Shown piece after piece: positions 52,492 through 62,923 of a stretch of 64,000 bases of DNA. The notes beneath the pieces are model-generated. The model had not been told where the DNA came from, did no database searches, and saw nothing but the letters and a program-made list of their open reading frames with translations. The position numbers were made by a program, and so were the translations under genes. Each line of letters opens with the position of its first letter. Position 1 is the stretch's first letter. The stretch spans positions 234,230 to 298,229 of the forward strand of contig JBITAJ010000028.1 in NCBI GenBank assembly GCA_044440125.1. Direction: 5' to 3'. Source of the DNA: Sedimentisphaeraceae bacterium JB056. GTDB taxonomy: Bacteria; Planctomycetota; Phycisphaerae; Sedimentisphaerales; Sedimentisphaeraceae.

Positions 52492-54516
52492 TCACCTGAG
52501 CCACTCGTTAGCAAATATGCTGAAATCCCCGAGGTTCACATAGCAGTCTTTATTAAAATCTGCGGGTATTTCGTATAAACAACGCTCACCCATTGTAAAT
52601 TCTACATCATCTCCATTCCACAAGATACTGTCAACTGAGTCGGGCCATTGGATCTCGATCAAAACCTCATCAACATTTCTTGTAATTAAAACTGACGGCT
52701 TAGGCTGTTCGATAGACCGCGGAGAAAAAACTGTTACAAAACGAGGATTGACAGAACTGCAAACCGCATTCAACTTCGGATATTGAGCAGGCGTTCCTTT
52801 AAGAGGCAGATAATAACCACTGCTTAAAGACACAGGCATATCAGCACCTATCTGAATATCCATACAAAACTGAGAAGACGCCTCCGGAGTCGAGAGAGCC
52901 TGATAGAGCCCATTTTCAATTCCGTTCAAAACGATCTCTGTATCCGGTGCCCCTATCATCTGCCAATTAAATTCATTTGATGAGACACCTTTATAAATAT
53001 CATCAAGTACAACCATATATGCAGGAGTAGTTACAGACGCTCTTATAAACAATGCATGTCTCAAGGCCTTATCAACAATACTCTCATCACGATTGTACGC
53101 CGGCTCACAATCGGCTACTGCATAAGCATAAAAGAACCTGTCTTCATATTTGGTGATTACACCATTAGTTCCGATAGCATTGCCCGACACAGCCTGACCT
53201 TCACCATTCACAAGAATGCAGCTGTGATCAACGGTCTGCCCTCTTTCAAGCGGAACCCGTGAATTAGAATAACCAGGATCAACCGCCCATTGGTATCCAA
53301 GACCATAAATATTGAAATGACCCTTATCGGCCTGATTATGAGTTCCGCCGGGAGCATGGTAGAACTGCCCCGCTTCGATCGAAAACATCACATCTTCCGT
53401 TTCCCAACCGCTTCGAAATATTGCAAGCCCCCTACCGGTAAAATGCTCACCTGTCTTCATATATTCAAGCTGAGGGTTCTGTGGTACAAGAGCAATATTC
53501 CACTGAGGCAAAAGTCTTACCGGATTAAAGCCACCCTGATGATAGTCAGAAGTCCATGTAGTCTCGGCATCTTGCCAGAGCTTCTCAAGAAGGTTGTCCT
53601 GATAATAGCCTGCAAGATATTTAAGAGCAGGATCGAGAGTTGAGGAATAAAGAGCGTCATTTCTTGCTTCGAAAACTTTACTTCCGGGAAGCCTGATCAT
53701 AGCAAGGAAATCAGAAGCATTCTGCAATCTTGAACCAGCAAGCAGATCAACACCTTCATTTCGCATCAGTGCCGCAGCAAAAGGGGTAGAATTAGAAAGG
53801 CCATATTGCATATAATAATGTCCTTCGCAATAAGCGCCCTGTTGGTCAAAAGAATTTTCAAACCAGAAACTCACGCGTTCGCTGCAAACATCAAGCCAAC
53901 CCTGGTACAATTCAGGATAAGTATCTTTAACAGCAATCGCGGCAAGCCCCGCACCTCCGTAACCGACACCCATGAAGTTGTGATAATATCTTCCGGAAAT
54001 ATTATCAGCGACAGTCCATTCAATATAATCTCTCGCTTTCTGTTGAACTCTCTGCTTTTGTCCGACTGTCATCGCCGAAGAAAGCCAGTCGTATCCAAAT
54101 GCAATTGCCCTCATCATATCAAGAGACCTGACACTTGCAAGTACTCCTTCCTCAGGTTCATAATCAATAGCAGCATCGAGTATTGCAGCACCATGCATGC
54201 CTATCATATAATCGCCGGTTATCTGATAGACAAATCCTATAGGTTCTATCCAAGAATAAACGTCCCGACCAAACCATCCGGTATCTTCCGGATCAGTAAA
54301 AAAAACTCCCTGAGGGTCAACATAAAGAGAATCAGAAGGATCACAATACCTCTCAACCCTCTGCCTGATAGAATCCCAGTAAGGCTTCAGTTCAGGCGAT
54401 TCCACCGCCACCCGTAACTCAGCAAGATCTGATGATTCAAATAGAAGGCAAGGATTTGAAGCATGCAAATTTTGCAGCAAAGTAAGAGTGACAATTATGA
54501 TCGTTAGTTTTTTCAA
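52492..54516 (-). CDS. Secreted heparinase II/III-like lyase with C-terminal dockerin-like motif
   Basis: Signal peptide; EG..Y..YG, FRSGW, HNQADKGHF, VDPGY; ADFNKDCYVNLGDFSIFANEWL. Confidence 0.8.
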   Translation of the reverse strand: MKKLTIIIVTLTLLQNLHASNPCLLFESSDLAELRVAVESPELKPYWDSIRQRVERYCDPSDSLYVDPQGVFFTDPEDTGWFGRDVYSWIEPIGFVYQITGDYMIGMHGAAILDAAIDYEPEEGVLASVRSLDMMRAIAFGYDWLSSAMTVGQKQRVQQKARDYIEWTVADNISGRYYHNFMGVGYGGAGLAAIAVKDTYPELYQGWLDVCSERVSFWFENSFDQQGAYCEGHYYMQYGLSNSTPFAAALMRNEGVDLLAGSRLQNASDFLAMIRLPGSKVFEARNDALYSSTLDPALKYLAGYYQDNLLEKLWQDAETTWTSDYHQGGFNPVRLLPQWNIALVPQNPQLEYMKTGEHFTGRGLAIFRSGWETEDVMFSIEAGQFYHAPGGTHNQADKGHFNIYGLGYQWAVDPGYSNSRVPLERGQTVDHSCILVNGEGQAVSGNAIGTNGVITKYEDRFFYAYAVADCEPAYNRDESIVDKALRHALFIRASVTTPAYMVVLDDIYKGVSSNEFNWQMIGAPDTEIVLNGIENGLYQALSTPEASSQFCMDIQIGADMPVSLSSGYYLPLKGTPAQYPKLNAVCSSVNPRFVTVFSPRSIEQPKPSVLITRNVDEVLIEIQWPDSVDSILWNGDDVEFTMGERCLYEIPADFNKDCYVNLGDFSIFANEWLR

Positions 54517-54591
54517 TAGAAACCAAATAAATTTCGAAAGTGTTTAACCGCCCGTAATAAGACGGCTAAACACTTTCTACCAAATTATTGA

Positions 54592-55419
54592 TCAATTAAG
54601 ATTTACGCAGTCGATAATTTCAGGGTCGGTACAAACCATCCAGTTCTCAGCCAAGACCGCAAAATCCTCAAGATTTACCTTACAATCGTTATTAAAGTCT
54701 GCCGGATAGACACCATTTTCACCGCATCCGTTTTCAGCTATCAGTCTTGCCGTATTCCAGTTTGTAATAACAGTAATACCGCCGTTGAAATCATACAGCA
54801 GAGTATCTGCGGATGAACCGCCGTCATAGTCCACTACAATGAAACCAATGCCGTGCATCTGAGCTGCCACCGGTGTTATACCAAGCTCCGACCATGGCAT
54901 TGCGATCTCAACAATATAGCCGTCCGCCAATACCTGCCCGGCTAACAAAGCACCGGGTAATGTCATACCGCTACCCTCGTGTTTATATAACTGCGGCCCG
55001 TTACTTCCAGAGTCCTGAGGCACGATATCATATATCGGTGCATTTTCAAATATTACCGACGCCGCATCATCATAGGGATTCAAACAAACCTGGAATGCAT
55101 CCTGACTGTTGAAAGGTCCCGGAGCACTCTGAAGCCATTGAAGATTGTCATCATAAACACGGGCAACAATATACAAATACTGCTGATCCCATTTGACGTA
55201 AATATCAGCACTGAGATCACTATCACTCAAAGGAGCATTGTTTACTGTTGATGCAATATCGGGATAATAAAATGGTATCTCAAGTGCATCGTCCCATTCA
55301 GCGGCCCCGATAGTTCCATCGACACTTACTGACGATACAGAATATGGTAAAGAGTATTCTACTGCATTACATAGAGCTGCCGTAAAAAGCAGGATCATAA
55401 TTGATAATATGCGTTTCAT
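54592..55419 (-). CDS. Secreted CBM9/DOMON-like sugar-binding protein with dockerin-like C-terminus
   Basis: VDGTI..AEW, KWDQQYLY, GYIVEIAMPW; ADFNNDCKVNLEDFAVLAENW. Confidence 0.75.
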   Translation of the reverse strand: MKRILSIMILLFTAALCNAVEYSLPYSVSSVSVDGTIGAAEWDDALEIPFYYPDIASTVNNAPLSDSDLSADIYVKWDQQYLYIVARVYDDNLQWLQSAPGPFNSQDAFQVCLNPYDDAASVIFENAPIYDIVPQDSGSNGPQLYKHEGSGMTLPGALLAGQVLADGYIVEIAMPWSELGITPVAAQMHGIGFIVVDYDGGSSADTLLYDFNGGITVITNWNTARLIAENGCGENGVYPADFNNDCKVNLEDFAVLAENWMVCTDPEIIDCVNLN

Positions 55420-55445
55420 AATTATTCCTTTCTGTATCTATGAGA

Positions 55446-56969
55446 TTAATAAACAAAACCACAAGCAGGATCTTCAGGCATAGAGCAGTCAAGCCAGTAA
55501 GAGGCAAACTCTTTGAGATCACCGGCATCAACGATACAATCCTGATTCAAGTCGGCAATACTGTAACCCCATAAACCGCATAGATCGCCGAGAATTGATA
55601 TCTCTACCTGATCTATTCTGCCGAGAAAAGGTCTTGCACCCGGTGAACGTGTACAACTAATCCAGATATCACCACTGACATCAAGCAATGCTCCTACCGA
55701 CTCCTTGGTAACTGTTGCAGGACTGCCGCCTTTAGGAGTTATAGTCATACTCATAAGACCACTCTCAGAATCTACAGACGCCTCAACATGATTCCAGACA
55801 CCTACCGAAATGACCGGATTAAGCTGATGCACTCCACCACTTGAATCTGTCACATAGAAATAGAGCCTGTTGCCACTGCTTCGTCGAAGTCTCAGCTCAA
55901 ACGGCCAATTTGCATTTCCGGCTGTCACAAGTGTCTGATCGCTGGCAATGTCACCTGCATGATAAAACCAAAAATCGATATTTACTGAATCATATCCTTC
56001 CCACGCATCCTGAGCATAGGCATAATCGTTGCCATCGAATATTAAAGCTTCACCGACTGAATCTTGACCGGAGCCATCTGCCCCCATAGTCGGCAGGAAA
56101 TTCGGATCAGCCGGAAGAGCAAGGTCATTGTTTCTTTCCGGGAAATTAGTATCATCATCCTCTATCCAATATTGTGAATCTTCAAATAGATCCGCATAAT
56201 CCATATGCCACAGGGCAACTGTTCTTGCACCATCTGTAACTGCCGGAAGTACAGACATCTTAAGCTCGGCTATATTACCGTTAAAGCTGTTTACGCCGGG
56301 GCTTCTGCATCCCATATAAACCCTTCCGCTCTCCTGAATAAGAGCACCTTCATATGCTGTCACTGCGGATAAAGTGGATTCGCCGTCAGGTGTTATATCG
56401 AGCGTGATCTGACCGTTATACGGGTCTATCTGCACAACAACGTGATTCCATACACCCGCAGTATAAAGCTGCTGAACCTGATAAACGCCCTGATCGGTGT
56501 GAACATAGAAATAAACCCTGTTGCCGCTGCTTCTTCTCAAACGCATCTCCCACGGTTGACCGGAATAATCAGGCAAATCACCGACAGAGAGCAATGTCTC
56601 ATCCTCTCCTGTGACCATATTCCCCAGGCGGAAAAACCAAAGCTCTATCTTAAGAGAATCATAGTTGCCGTAATTACCTAATACGTAAGTAAAAGCACAT
56701 TGCCCCCCGCTGAATACAAGCGACTCACCATCTACGCTGAAAGTTGGGTAAGAGCTTGGAGTATTGACTGTATCACCAAGAGCAATATCATTGTCTCTGC
56801 CGGGATTGAGCGTATCTATATCCGCTACCCAGCTTCGCGTAGCTGTCTCATAATAGCTTGACTCATTCATCTGCCACAAACCTACGGTCAGGCGATCGTC
56901 ATTGAATTGAGACCAGGCACACTGGCAGAACAGCACACCTACAATTAACGCCAATAATGACTTATTCAT
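55446..56969 (-). CDS. Secreted protein with two LamG/ConA-like domains and dockerin-like C-terminus
   Basis: Internal duplication (TVGLWQM/TVALWHM, LRRSSGNR twice, GVWNHV twice); ADLNQDCIVDAGDL...WL. Confidence 0.8.
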   Translation of the reverse strand: MNKSLLALIVGVLFCQCAWSQFNDDRLTVGLWQMNESSYYETATRSWVADIDTLNPGRDNDIALGDTVNTPSSYPTFSVDGESLVFSGGQCAFTYVLGNYGNYDSLKIELWFFRLGNMVTGEDETLLSVGDLPDYSGQPWEMRLRRSSGNRVYFYVHTDQGVYQVQQLYTAGVWNHVVVQIDPYNGQITLDITPDGESTLSAVTAYEGALIQESGRVYMGCRSPGVNSFNGNIAELKMSVLPAVTDGARTVALWHMDYADLFEDSQYWIEDDDTNFPERNNDLALPADPNFLPTMGADGSGQDSVGEALIFDGNDYAYAQDAWEGYDSVNIDFWFYHAGDIASDQTLVTAGNANWPFELRLRRSSGNRLYFYVTDSSGGVHQLNPVISVGVWNHVEASVDSESGLMSMTITPKGGSPATVTKESVGALLDVSGDIWISCTRSPGARPFLGRIDQVEISILGDLCGLWGYSIADLNQDCIVDAGDLKEFASYWLDCSMPEDPACGFVY

Positions 56970-57028
56970 AATCTACCTTAATCCTTTCTTGAATCACAAA
57001 ACACTTAAAAATTTCAATTAACGGAATA

Positions 57029-57841
57029 TCAATGTGAAGCGGGATTTCGAAGAGGATGAAACGCCTTACCGCTCATCTGCTGGTCAGGAGAATCACCAAG
57101 CCATGGCCACTGCCCTGCTTTACACACATCGATCGAATCAGTATGTCCGTCAGCCATAAGGAAATTACATTTTGAACTCCCGTGATTAGGCGCAGGCCCA
57201 TACATATTCGATCTGCTTTCACCATACTGAGCCATATCCCCGCCAAGCCAGCCATACTCGTACGCAGAAGGATGCGGGTTCTCATAGCTCATCCACCAGC
57301 CGCTGTTTGTATTGGGGAACAGATTACCTACTTTATCAGAACTCAGATCCGAAATGATCGGCAGGTTGGAAGGCTGTTGAATAGCATCAAAACGCTTCCA
57401 CCAATCTGTATCTGCATAATTGGGACGCCCTAAAAAGAAATAATTAAAACCGTAGAGTCCTATGGCAGTCTCTCCGTCATACTGTTTCATGTATTTTTCC
57501 ATGTTAGGACAGCGAAATCCATCATACGCATAGCTGTCACCCTGCTGCTGGTCGTAAAAATCCTTTACTCGCATATGCCACCGATAGTAACCGTCAGAAT
57601 GCAGACTTTTCTCTTTACCTATCGCATAAGAAGGCGGCAATTTGCTGTCATAGGATTGACGATAAAGCTGCAAAGCCATGCCGAGATCTTTCTGCCTTGT
57701 TGAGCATATAGTCTTTTTGGCATTTTCCCGAACCTTACCCAAAGCAGGCATAAGAATTGACATTAAAACAGCTATGATAGAAATAACTACAAGTAACTCT
57801 ATCAGCGTAAAACCTTTAATTTTTGTATTTTCTCTATTCAT
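57029..57841 (-). CDS. Prepilin-type N-terminal methylation domain protein with H-X9-DG-like C-terminus
   Basis: KGFTLIELLVVISIIAVLMSILMPAL; NHGSSKCNFLMADGH. Confidence 0.9.
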   Translation of the reverse strand: MNRENTKIKGFTLIELLVVISIIAVLMSILMPALGKVRENAKKTICSTRQKDLGMALQLYRQSYDSKLPPSYAIGKEKSLHSDGYYRWHMRVKDFYDQQQGDSYAYDGFRCPNMEKYMKQYDGETAIGLYGFNYFFLGRPNYADTDWWKRFDAIQQPSNLPIISDLSSDKVGNLFPNTNSGWWMSYENPHPSAYEYGWLGGDMAQYGESRSNMYGPAPNHGSSKCNFLMADGHTDSIDVCKAGQWPWLGDSPDQQMSGKAFHPLRNPASH

Positions 57842-60219
57842 TTTTCACCTGTTTTTGTTAAGACAACAGAAGCTTCCGCATTCCCCACAGCAGAAATGTC
57901 GATTATATCTTCACGAGTCTCCCATTTTACAGACAGACTCTTATTTTTCATTTTCACATCAGGCACGTTGCCGTTTAAGACAGGTATCATAATTGCGGTG
58001 AACTCAGGATTCACGGCATCGCAATCTGCCCTGAGTCTCAGATACTCGATATTTCCATCTGTAAATACGCCTCTCTGAGTATAAAGTTTGGGTTTTGCAC
58101 TGGAAAACACTTTCACAAGCATCTTAATATCTTCTTTCTGCTCGCGGAAGATATTCATACCGCCAGAACACCGACCTTTCTCTGCCTGAACAAGTACTCC
58201 CTCCGGAATATCAGATGATCCAGGCATCCAGTCTGCATCAGGACTCACTAATACCTGGTCAAGCTTGGCACCGGTCTCCCGAACATAAAACTCAACAGTG
58301 TTACGTCCTTTTTTCAACTTGAATTTAAGGGCTGGATTGTTCGGTTTTTCAGTAACAACTCGCCATTTCCATACACCTCCGGTAGTGTTGAAATGCCAGT
58401 GGTATATCGGAGAATTATTAACCCGAACTTTAAATGAATTGTCAGCGGCATCCTTCGAACTCACTCTTGCCCACACATAATAAATTCCCGACTCTTCTGC
58501 ATTAATATCTATGACTACCTTTCCATCAGCCGGTTTGTCTTTTTCGCTGCTTAAGTACACACCTCCTGAAGCAGAGGCCGGTTTTATCATAAAAAGACCG
58601 TTTTCGCTGTCTGTTTCGACATCCATTCCTGTTTGAGTATGCATTTGCCAGTTATATAAATTGATACCATCATCTTTCCGGATATCATCAGTCACGACTG
58701 CATATGCCGGCATCTCACCTTCCCCCCGGATGAACCATGTATGTCTGAGAGCTTTCTCAACATCAACTCCGGCATCCCCTTCGTTGTTATGCCGATACGC
58801 TTCCGCACAATCACTCAGTGAATATCCAAATTGGTCACTATTATAGTATTTCAGAATTTTGCCGCTGGTTCCAAGGCCTGCACCGCTGAGAGCCTGCCCC
58901 TTACCATTGATCAAAACGCAGTTATGAGCGATGGTTTGCGCTCTGCCTTCCGGCTCTTTGTTGTTTGCATAAGCACTGTCAACAGCCCAGCGATACCCTC
59001 CGCCATAGAAAGTAAAATGTCCTTCATCCGCCTGATCATGTATTACGGCATAATAAGCTCCCGCTTCAACAGAAAACATCCAGTCTTCTTTCTGCCACCC
59101 GGTACGCCAGATACACAGTCCTCTTTGGGTGAAATGCTCTGCCAGAGGCAACTCTGCCTCACAGGGCGATTTGGCCGCGACATCATTATGCCATATTATA
59201 CTCCATACGGGATAGCCGCCGCCACACTCTTCCCAAAGCCACTTATCAAGCCCGCTGTTGCATCTTTTAGCCAGCAAAAGAGGTGAAAGCCGCGGACCAT
59301 CATAATTAGAGTCGTTCCTCGCATCACCCACACATTCACCGGGCAGCAAGCTCATAGCATAAAATCTTGAGACATTTTTCAGGTTTGTATCGTAAAGATC
59401 TTTTATGCCGTTTCGCTTTAATGCTTCAACGAACAGTAACCCGTTTGAAAGCCCGTAATTAGAATAAGAAATGCCTTCAACATATGCTCCTTGCCGATCG
59501 AAAGCACTGTTAAGCCATCTCTCTTCAATTTTGGCAAGCTCTCGTATCCATTTTTTTGACTGCTCAGGATATACATCACTTATCGCAATAGCTATCGCAC
59601 CGGCGGAACCAACGGTAACACCGTTATAATTATGGTATCTGAACCACCATGTTTTAGAATTATCAGCTTCTTTTATTGTATGCTCAACATATCCCCTGCA
59701 CACTTTTGCGACAAAACGCCTCTGCTCATCAGTCATCGCCTGTGAAAGCCAGTCATACCCGATGGCCAGTCCTCTCATCATATCACCTCGCCCACCGGCA
59801 AAGATATAAGACACAACCGGATGATCAACTGGGTACATATGCGCAACCTGATCAAGAATTCTTACACCGTTATCAGAATATATTTGCTCACCGGTCATTT
59901 GATATGCGAACCCGATAGCCTCCATCCACTTTGCAAAAACCCTTATAGTACCGTGAGAACCTTTTGATGTAGGATTTTTGACAACAAGTGCATCTATTTT
60001 ATCAAAGTCAACGTATGAAGAGGAATTTGTATCACAATAACCTGACGCCTCTTTTAAAACGGTCTGAAAATATTCTTTACAACAATCACTTCCAACCCGC
60101 TCCTTCAGTTCGGCAATGTCGCCTGAATCGAAAAACAACACCGGCCCGGCGTAAACATTTAAAAAAGTGATAAGCAGAAACAGTATAAGGTATTTTTTCA
60201 TAGTCACAGCTTTGCTCAT
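57838..60219 (-). CDS. Secreted heparinase II/III-like lyase with inserted CBM-like domain
   Basis: Paralogous to the 52492 gene (HNYNG, EGISYSNYG, WRTGW, HDQADEGHF); CBM-like GIYYVWARV...LKKGRNTV; start may be 60201. Confidence 0.8.
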   Translation of the reverse strand: MSKAVTMKKYLILFLLITFLNVYAGPVLFFDSGDIAELKERVGSDCCKEYFQTVLKEASGYCDTNSSSYVDFDKIDALVVKNPTSKGSHGTIRVFAKWMEAIGFAYQMTGEQIYSDNGVRILDQVAHMYPVDHPVVSYIFAGGRGDMMRGLAIGYDWLSQAMTDEQRRFVAKVCRGYVEHTIKEADNSKTWWFRYHNYNGVTVGSAGAIAIAISDVYPEQSKKWIRELAKIEERWLNSAFDRQGAYVEGISYSNYGLSNGLLFVEALKRNGIKDLYDTNLKNVSRFYAMSLLPGECVGDARNDSNYDGPRLSPLLLAKRCNSGLDKWLWEECGGGYPVWSIIWHNDVAAKSPCEAELPLAEHFTQRGLCIWRTGWQKEDWMFSVEAGAYYAVIHDQADEGHFTFYGGGYRWAVDSAYANNKEPEGRAQTIAHNCVLINGKGQALSGAGLGTSGKILKYYNSDQFGYSLSDCAEAYRHNNEGDAGVDVEKALRHTWFIRGEGEMPAYAVVTDDIRKDDGINLYNWQMHTQTGMDVETDSENGLFMIKPASASGGVYLSSEKDKPADGKVVIDINAEESGIYYVWARVSSKDAADNSFKVRVNNSPIYHWHFNTTGGVWKWRVVTEKPNNPALKFKLKKGRNTVEFYVRETGAKLDQVLVSPDADWMPGSSDIPEGVLVQAEKGRCSGGMNIFREQKEDIKMLVKVFSSAKPKLYTQRGVFTDGNIEYLRLRADCDAVNPEFTAIMIPVLNGNVPDVKMKNKSLSVKWETREDIIDISAVGNAEASVVLTKTGEK

Positions 60220-60264
60220 AAATTAAACCACATCGTCAAATCAAACACGATATCCTATAACACT

Positions 60265-60293
60265 ATAATATCAAACGGTAACGTTAACGTCAA
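60265..60293 (-). promoter_or_regulatory. Sigma-70 promoter with embedded LacI-type operator
   Basis: TTGACG-N17-TATTAT on the minus strand; ACGGTAACGTTAACGT (60275-60290) in the spacer. Confidence 0.75.
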
Positions 60294-60384
60294 GAAAATT
60301 CAAAAAATCTCAAATAGATACATATAGTCATTAATTACAGACACTTACGCTTAAAAAACTGATTTATTCATGCAAAAATATTTG

Positions 60385-60400
60385 TCGGTATCGTTACCGG
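60385..60400. promoter_or_regulatory. Second (auxiliary) LacI-type operator
   Basis: TCGGTATCGTTACCGG, near-palindrome, 110 bp from the promoter operator. Confidence 0.65.
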
Positions 60401-60511
60401 TAGTTCATATCAAACACGCAGAACTAACAAAAAAAGACAAATTTCATAAGCGTAAACTTGACTTTGCACCGGCAATTGTTAGAATACGCTCCTCTTTTAA
60501 GAGCTTGTAAC

Positions 60512-60586
60512 GGTGGATATAGCTCAGTTGGTTAGAGCACGAGTTTGTGGCACTCGGGGTCGTGGGTTCGAATCCCATTATCCACC
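60512..60586 (+). tRNA. tRNA-His (GTG)
   Basis: G-1 plus GTGGATA/TATCCAC acceptor stem, CGAGT-TTGTGGC-ACTCG anticodon arm, GGTTCGAATCC; TTGACT-N16-TAGAAT promoter upstream. Confidence 0.95.
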
Positions 60587-60596
60587 CTTTAAGTAT

Positions 60597-60621
60597 AGCA
60601 CGCTTATGGCGTGCTTTTTTT
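60597..60621 (+). terminator. tRNA-His terminator
   Basis: AGCACGC-TTATG-GCGTGCT-TTTTTT. Confidence 0.8.
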
Positions 60622-60665
60622 GTTTATGGACACCCTTGCAAATGCATTGCTGCAGCGAGCTTTAA

Positions 60666-60693
60666 TTGACATTTGCTGATTCGGTGTTATAAT
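60666..60693 (+). promoter_or_regulatory. Consensus sigma-70 promoter
   Basis: TTGACA-N16-TATAAT upstream of the hemolysin-family gene. Confidence 0.7.
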
Positions 60694-60776
60694 TTACTTA
60701 CTGATGCTTTACGAATATAAGCTGAATGGATCGTAAGGCGTAAATATTTGATTATTAGTGATTTAAGGAAAAGAAC

Positions 60777-62066
60777 TTGGAAGACGTTGGATGGTTATTT
60801 ATCCAGACGGCAGTTTGTATATGTTTTTCGCTATTTTTTTCTGCCAACGCTTCTGCGTTGAGGTCATTCTCAAGACGAAAACTTCAGGAAGCATTCAAAC
60901 AAAAGGATAAGGAAGAGGTTTTTGAGAAATTCACATCAAGCTCAGAAAACCTGCTTTATGCATGTAAGACCTACCGGTTAGTTTTTAACACACTTCTGAT
61001 AATCGTATTCGTTCGTGCTTTTGAAAATCATGGTGATAATTCCTCACCTATGCTCAATTATCTTTGGGTAAGCCTTATAAGTTTGTTCCTGCTTCTCTCC
61101 TCTTCACTTGCTATTCCTTATGCTTGGGCAAAATATGGCGGCGAGGTTCTTCTGAGCCATACTTATCCAATACTCAAAATTTCAACTGCACTTATAAGAC
61201 CTCTCATTGAATTTTTCGGATTTTCTGACAAAGTCATAAAGCGTCTCTCCGGTTATCAGGAGCTGAGCGAAGAAGAAGACCGTGAGGAAAAACACGATGA
61301 GCTGATGGAGGTCGTAGAGCAAAGCATGGCCGATGGCGTTGTGGACAATGAAGAACTGGAGATGATTGAAAATGTCCTTGTTCTCGATGAAACTACAGCC
61401 GGTGAAATAATCACGCCAAGAACCGAACTTGTTGCCGTGGAAACCGGCAGCAGCCTCAACGAAGTACTCGAAAAGATCATCGGAGCCGGCCACTCAAGGC
61501 TTCCCGTATATGAAGACAGAATCGATAATATACTTGGCTTGGTTTATGCTAAGGACCTTCTTGCCGAAATAGGCAAAAAGACAGAGCAATTCCAGCTTAA
61601 GGATTATATACGCCCCGCTTACTTCATACCGGAAACAAAGTCCCTGCGTGAGCTGCTTCATGAATTCCAGAACAAGAAACAGCACATTGCGGTTGTTCTT
61701 GATGAGTACGGCGGAGTTGTAGGTATTGTCACGATTGAGGACATCCTCGAAGAGCTCGTTGGTGAAATCGAAGATGAATACGAAAAGAAGAGCCCGGCCA
61801 GCATCAAAGTTATCGATGCAGACAAGGTTCTTGAGCTTGACGCCAAAGTATACGTTGAAGATCTAAACAGTGAGTTTGATGTTAATCTCCCCGAAAACGA
61901 GGATTACGATACTGTTGGCGGCTTCGTGTCATCTTATCTTGGCTATATACCCCAAAATGGCGAGCTGTTCGATTACGAGAATCTCAGGTTCAGAGTGCTT
62001 TCTGCCGAGCCGAGAAAAATCAACAGGCTCAGAATAGAAAAACTCAAAATAGAAACTGCTTTATAA
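60777..62066 (+). CDS. Hemolysin/CNNM (DUF21-CBS-CorC) family protein
   Basis: N-terminal TMs; GHSRLPVY, VLDEYGG, EDILEELVGEIEDE, DTVGG. Confidence 0.92.
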   Translation: MEDVGWLFIQTAVCICFSLFFSANASALRSFSRRKLQEAFKQKDKEEVFEKFTSSSENLLYACKTYRLVFNTLLIIVFVRAFENHGDNSSPMLNYLWVSLISLFLLLSSSLAIPYAWAKYGGEVLLSHTYPILKISTALIRPLIEFFGFSDKVIKRLSGYQELSEEEDREEKHDELMEVVEQSMADGVVDNEELEMIENVLVLDETTAGEIITPRTELVAVETGSSLNEVLEKIIGAGHSRLPVYEDRIDNILGLVYAKDLLAEIGKKTEQFQLKDYIRPAYFIPETKSLRELLHEFQNKKQHIAVVLDEYGGVVGIVTIEDILEELVGEIEDEYEKKSPASIKVIDADKVLELDAKVYVEDLNSEFDVNLPENEDYDTVGGFVSSYLGYIPQNGELFDYENLRFRVLSAEPRKINRLRIEKLKIETAL

Positions 62067-62100
62067 AAGAAGCCAATAAACCTTTGAGCAAAGAGATACC

Positions 62101-62844
62101 ATGCACATAAAGGACCAGGCTATTTGCATAAAAAAGGTGGACTACTCCGACTCCTCACAGATACTTACTCTGTTTTGCAGGGAAAACGGCAAACTAAACG
62201 CAATAGCAAAAGGAGCCCGCAGACGCAAATCCTCTTTCGGCTCTCCAATAGGGCTTTTCTCTGTAGGAAACATCGTATATCTGCCTCCCGGCGGCGGCTC
62301 ATTGGCAACTTTAGCGGAATTTGACCATCTGCCGCTGTTCACAAGAATGCGGAACAGTCTTCTGGCAATGAACGCCGGCACTATGATGTGCGAGCTTATC
62401 AACCTACTAACTGACCAATGCGATCCGCACCAGGGCCTTTATGACAACTTCATAATATTTCTTGAAAACATCAGCTCCGAAGGTTCACAGGAACACAAAA
62501 TCGCATTGCTTATAGTGTTTCAACTCAACCTGCTTGGTGAGATTGGAACTGCTATGCCGATTAAAAATTGCGGTAATTGCGGGCAGAAGCTGAATGGATC
62601 AAAGGACGTGTACTTCTGTGCAGAAACCGGCGGCTTCATATGCATGGATTGCGAGCCAAGTTTCGCTGACAAATTCAGGGTTTCGCCGTTGGTGGTCGAG
62701 GCAATTACAACCCCGCAGAAATTGGAAACAGTTGATAAAAAGACCTTGTGGGAAATAGAAAGAATGCTGATACATCATTTTGCATATTCTCTCCATAAAA
62801 TGCCAAAAACAGCTTCTTTCTTCCTCAGTCAACTGTCTCAGTAA
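62101..62844 (+). CDS. recO: DNA repair protein RecO
   Basis: DYSDSSQILTLF..ENGK..AIAKGARR; CxxC...C..CxxC zinc finger. Confidence 0.9.
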   Translation: MHIKDQAICIKKVDYSDSSQILTLFCRENGKLNAIAKGARRRKSSFGSPIGLFSVGNIVYLPPGGGSLATLAEFDHLPLFTRMRNSLLAMNAGTMMCELINLLTDQCDPHQGLYDNFIIFLENISSEGSQEHKIALLIVFQLNLLGEIGTAMPIKNCGNCGQKLNGSKDVYFCAETGGFICMDCEPSFADKFRVSPLVVEAITTPQKLETVDKKTLWEIERMLIHHFAYSLHKMPKTASFFLSQLSQ

Positions 62845-62845
62845 A

Positions 62846-62904
62846 TCGCGGTACTGACTCTACACTACCCACCTTCAACAGTACCGCGACTGTGAAGGAG
62901 CGGG
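62846..62904. repeat. REP-like inverted pair (same family as at recG)
   Basis: TCGCGGTACTG ... CAGTACCGCGACTGTGAAGGAGCGGG. Confidence 0.7.
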
Positions 62905-62923
62905 TGAGTGTTCGTCCGTGCCT

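Noticed and set aside
60704..60741. 5' UTR hairpin before the CNNM/hemolysin gene as a metal riboswitch
   Set aside because: Single short stem; no M-box, yybP, NiCo or fluoride consensus recognisable.
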